A DNA stretch of 64,000 bases from Cyanophora paradoxa CCMP329 (Eukaryota > Plantae > Glaucophyta), in the NCBI GenBank assembly GCA_004431415.1, contig QPMI01000527.1:1-64000 (forward strand), read 5' to 3'. The notes beneath the pieces are model-generated. The model searched no databases. It was given only the letters and a program-made list of their open reading frames with translations, and had not been told where the DNA came from. The position numbers and the translations under genes were made by a program. Positions 60,801 to 64,000 of the stretch are shown in pieces; within the stretch, counting starts at the first letter, position 1; the number at the start of each line of letters is the position of its first letter.

Positions 60801-62140
60801 GGCGAGGCGGGCGGCGCGCGAGGGCGCGGCGGCGGCTTCACTTCCGGCCCAGGTCCGTCAGCACGGGCGCAGCGCGGGGCGGCAGGAGGGCCGACAGCGT
60901 CCCGCAGGTCTAGCGGCGTGGGCTGGGGCGAGGCGGGCGGCGCGCGGGGGCTCGGCGGCGGCTTCACTTCCGGCCCAGGTCCGTCAGCTCGGGCGCAGCG
61001 CGGGGCGGCGGGAGGGCCGACAGCGTCCCGCAGGTCTAGCGGCGCGAGCTGGGGCGAGGCGGGCGGCGCGCTGGGGCACGGCGGCGGCTTCACTTCCGGC
61101 CCAGGTCCGTCAGCTCGGGCGCAGCGCGGGGCGGCGGGAGGGCCGACAGCGTCCCGCAGGTCTAGCGGCGCGAGCTGGGGCGAGGCGGGTGGCGCACGGG
61201 GGCACGGCGACGGCTTCACTTCCGGCCCAGGTCCGTCAGCTCGGGCGCAGCGCGGGGCGGCGGGAGGGCCGATAGCGTCCCGCAGGTCTAGCGGCGCGAG
61301 CTGGGGCGAGGCGGGCGGCGCGCGGGGGCGCGGCGGCGGCTTCACTTCCGGCCCAGGTCCGTCAGCACGGGCGCAGCGCGGGGCGGCGGGAGGGCCGACA
61401 TCGTCCCGCAGGTCTAGCGGCGCGAGCTGGGGCGAGGCGGGCGGCGCGCGGGGGCTCGGTGGCGGCGTCACTTCCGGCCCAGGTCCGTCAGCTCGGGCGC
61501 AGCGCGGGGCGGCGGGAGGGCCGATAGCGTCCCGCAGGTCTAGCGGCGCGAGCTGGGGCGAGGCGGGCGGCGCGCAAGGGCGCGGCGGCGGCTTCACTTC
61601 CGGCCCAGGTCCGTCAGCACGGGCGCAGCGCGGGGCGGCGGTGAGGCCGACAGCGTCCCGCAGGTCTAGCGGCGCGAGCTGGGGCGAGGCGGGCGGTGCG
61701 CGAGGGCTCGGTGGCGGCGTCACTTCCGGCCCAGGTCCGTCAGCTCGGGCGCAGCGCGGGGCAGCAGGGGGGTCGACAGCGTCCCGCAGGTCTAGCGGCG
61801 CGAGCTGGGGCGAGGCGGGCGGCGCGCGGGGGCTCGGTGGCGGCGTCACTTCCGGCCCAGGTCCGTCAGCTCGGGCGCAGCGCGGGGCGGCGGGAGGGCC
61901 GACAGCGTCCCGCAGGTCTAGCGGCGCAAGCTGGGGCGAGGCGGGCGGCGCGCTGGGGCACGGCGGCGGCTTCACTTCCGGCCCAGGTCCGTCAGTTCGG
62001 GCGCAGCGCGGGGCAGCAGGGGGGCCGACAGCGTCCCGCAGGTCTAGCGGCGCGAGCTGGGGCGAGGCGGGCGGCGCGCGGGGGCTCGGCGGCGGCCTCA
62101 TCTCAGGTCCGGGTCCGTTAGCACGGGCGCAGCGCGGGGC
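57860..62140 (-). repeat. Coding tandem array, ~34 x 126 bp (42-aa Pro/Ala unit) with degenerate flanking units
   Basis: The GCAG(G/A)TCTAG marker recurs every 126 bp from 57881 to 62038: 33 intervals minus 1 nt, matching the single frameshift near 59500. Confidence 0.95.
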
Positions 62141-64000
62141 GGTGGGAGGGCCGACGACGTCCTGCAGGTCGCATGGCGCAGTGGGAGGCAAGGCGCGCGG
62201 GGGGTTGGGGCCCGGCGGCACATGTGGCATGCGAGGCGTGATGCAGCTGGGGCCCCGGCAGGTGGTTAGACCCTGTCCGTCGATCCAACCAGTAGACGTC
62301 GGAGTGGTCATGCTCGAGGGCCCCCGCATTTGCGTGCGGCCGCAAGCAAGGAGGGCAGCGATAGCTCCAAGAGCAATGAGAAGGGGACTGGCCATGGGTA
62401 GAAGGGGGATGAGGGGAAGGTGCAGGACGGGATTCGCAGCAGCAGGTTGAATGTGCCACAAGAGGGCGGCGATGATGGTGAGGAGCTTGGGGGAGTAGTG
62501 TGGGTACGGGGCTTTCTTTAAGGGGCCACGGGGGGATATAGTGTCTAGAGCAGTTTGTAGGGCGTGGCCTGCTAAAGCAGAAACGGTCACTATCGAAATA
62601 AATTCTAGGGGTTCTGGAGGATGGCCTAGAAGAAGGAGGAAAGGCAGGGTAAACGGTGCAGCCAGCACAGCCGGGGCCAGGCCAGGGTCATCTGAGACAT
62701 AGAGTGCATGCAGGAGATCAGCCCCGAGCTGCCATAGTGCACAGGAAAGCACATGCCATTCGGCCGCTAGGAAGGCCGGGAAAATAATAGAAAATTCAAG
62801 GAGACGGGGTGCGAGAAGGAGAGCAAAGTCGGCGAGGCGGGTCCAAGCAAACGCTGCCCGGCGGCGTGCCAAAGGGGACAAGGCCGGGGGAGGGCGAGGG
62901 GAGGTCGGGGGGGGAGGGACAGGGCAGGTAAGGAGTTGAAGAAGAGCAGGGCCGGACGAGTCAAGAAACCGCCGGCGGCGCCGGGAGAGGAGTGCGAGCA
63001 GAAGGATCCCGGCAGCTGGCGGGGGGAGGGGCAGAGGGGTAGGAGGAGGCGGGGGCGGGGGGAGGGAGAAGGGTGGGAGGGGGGGAGCAGTTGCTCGGGG
63101 TGTCCTAAGAGGAGGGGCGGGGGGAGGGCTGGTCGAGGGGGCCGGGTACGAGGGATCAATGAGCCATAGTGGGGATACGGGAACCGCTGCAATAACGAAG
63201 CGGAGGGCGTCGATAAGGTGAGGGGCAGTTGTAAGGGGAGGGAGGGCAAGGAGACAGTGAAGGGAGAGGATAAGGAGGGGGGCCCCGCGGTAAGGGCCTC
63301 CACATCGACGCCCGCGGGCTCGTCGCGCATGCTGGGCTTGCCGGCGGGCGCGAATGAGGAGGGGACGGTGGGCGCTGGGAGCGGGATCGGGAAAAACAAG
63401 GTGGCGAAGGAAGCGAGCAGACAGCAGGAGGAGAAGCAGCGAGGGGAGGGCGAGGAAGGCGGGGGAGAGCTGAAGATAAGACGGGGGCCTGATAGAAGGG
63501 GGGAAGAAAGAGGCGGGAGAGGCGGGGAGAGGGGGCGGTGCCCTAGGGGTAGTCCACAAGGGGAGAGGGGGTGGGTCAGGGGGGGCCGAGAGAGGAGGCG
63601 ACTCCGCGAAGGACACTGCTGAGGGGGTCCAAGGGGGGGAAAGGAGAGTTCTATGTATATATTAATCATATCGAAGGTCTCGATGAATCATTGAAATTCG
63701 ATGACTATTTGAAAAAATTCGCCGATAGCGAGAAACATCCCGAAGTATTATACAAATACATTGATTACGGAAAGTTACCAGAAAAATTAAAAAATCCCAA
63801 TCTAGAATCATTTGAGGATAATAAAACCAAATTAATCAGTCTAATAAAGAAAAAGAGCCGGGCAATCAAGGGATGCAGGGGGGGGTACTCTGAGAGGCGG
63901 GGGGGTAACTGGAGGAGAAGTGAGAAAGGGAGTAACGAGAGGGCGAGGAGAAAGGAAAGAAGAAAAAGGAGAGAGAGGGCGGAGAGGGCGAGGAGCTCGG

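Larger units (their letters stand above)
44747..63670 (-). mobile_element. Giant non-LTR retrotransposon (APE-RT-RNase H); 5' end unresolved and may extend past the window
   Basis: Poly-A tail (T11 at 44747-44757), continuous strand skew, and APE, RT, RNase H and Zn-knuckle motifs in canonical order. Confidence 0.92.

Noticed and set aside
57860-62140. CRISPR-like array
   Set aside because: Contiguous near-identical 126-bp units with no unique spacers and no cas genes; eukaryotic context.
57844-62450. Long plus-strand Gly/Ala/Arg ORFs (594 and 957 aa)
   Set aside because: Antisense shadows of a stop-free GC-rich repeat; the minus frame is the one continuous with APE.

Overview
The window is from a GC-rich, intron-rich eukaryotic genome, probably a protist or alga, and has three parts. 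(1) Positions 1 to ~20.7 kb are the right part of an integrated small dsDNA virus. It encodes an A32-type packaging ATPase, a VLTF3 late transcription factor, two paralogous HUH endonucleases, small membrane and beta-rich structural proteins, a ~5 kb coiled-coil protein, a Peptidase-S74 fibre, an FN3/glycine-rich protein and an HNH protein. It also carries a shared TTTC(T/G)-N11-17-AAATG upstream motif and three (GGGACTT)n arrays. This gene set fits Mriyaviricetes/yaravirus-like small relatives of Nucleocytoviricota better than a classical Polinton or virophage. No capsid, polymerase or integrase gene is recognisable in the window, and the left end lies outside it. Viral ORFs are broken by many 1-nt indels, which are probably largely consensus errors. 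(2) Positions ~20.9-44.7 kb are host DNA: palindrome-rich intergenic sequence with TA-flanked MITEs and a retroposed insert with a target-site duplication, a multi-exon type-I membrane protein gene, a TmcB/C-like TM-TPR-PAS-adenylyl cyclase gene with micro-exons and GC-AG introns, and two tandem TPR-like paralogs. (3) Positions 44.7 to >=63.7 kb are a ~19 kb minus-strand non-LTR retrotransposon (APE-RT-RNase H-Zn knuckle). It has a coding 34 x 126-bp tandem array and an RNase H domain split by a ~1,190-codon insert containing Ulp1-like domains. All calls come from reading motifs by eye; no searches were run.
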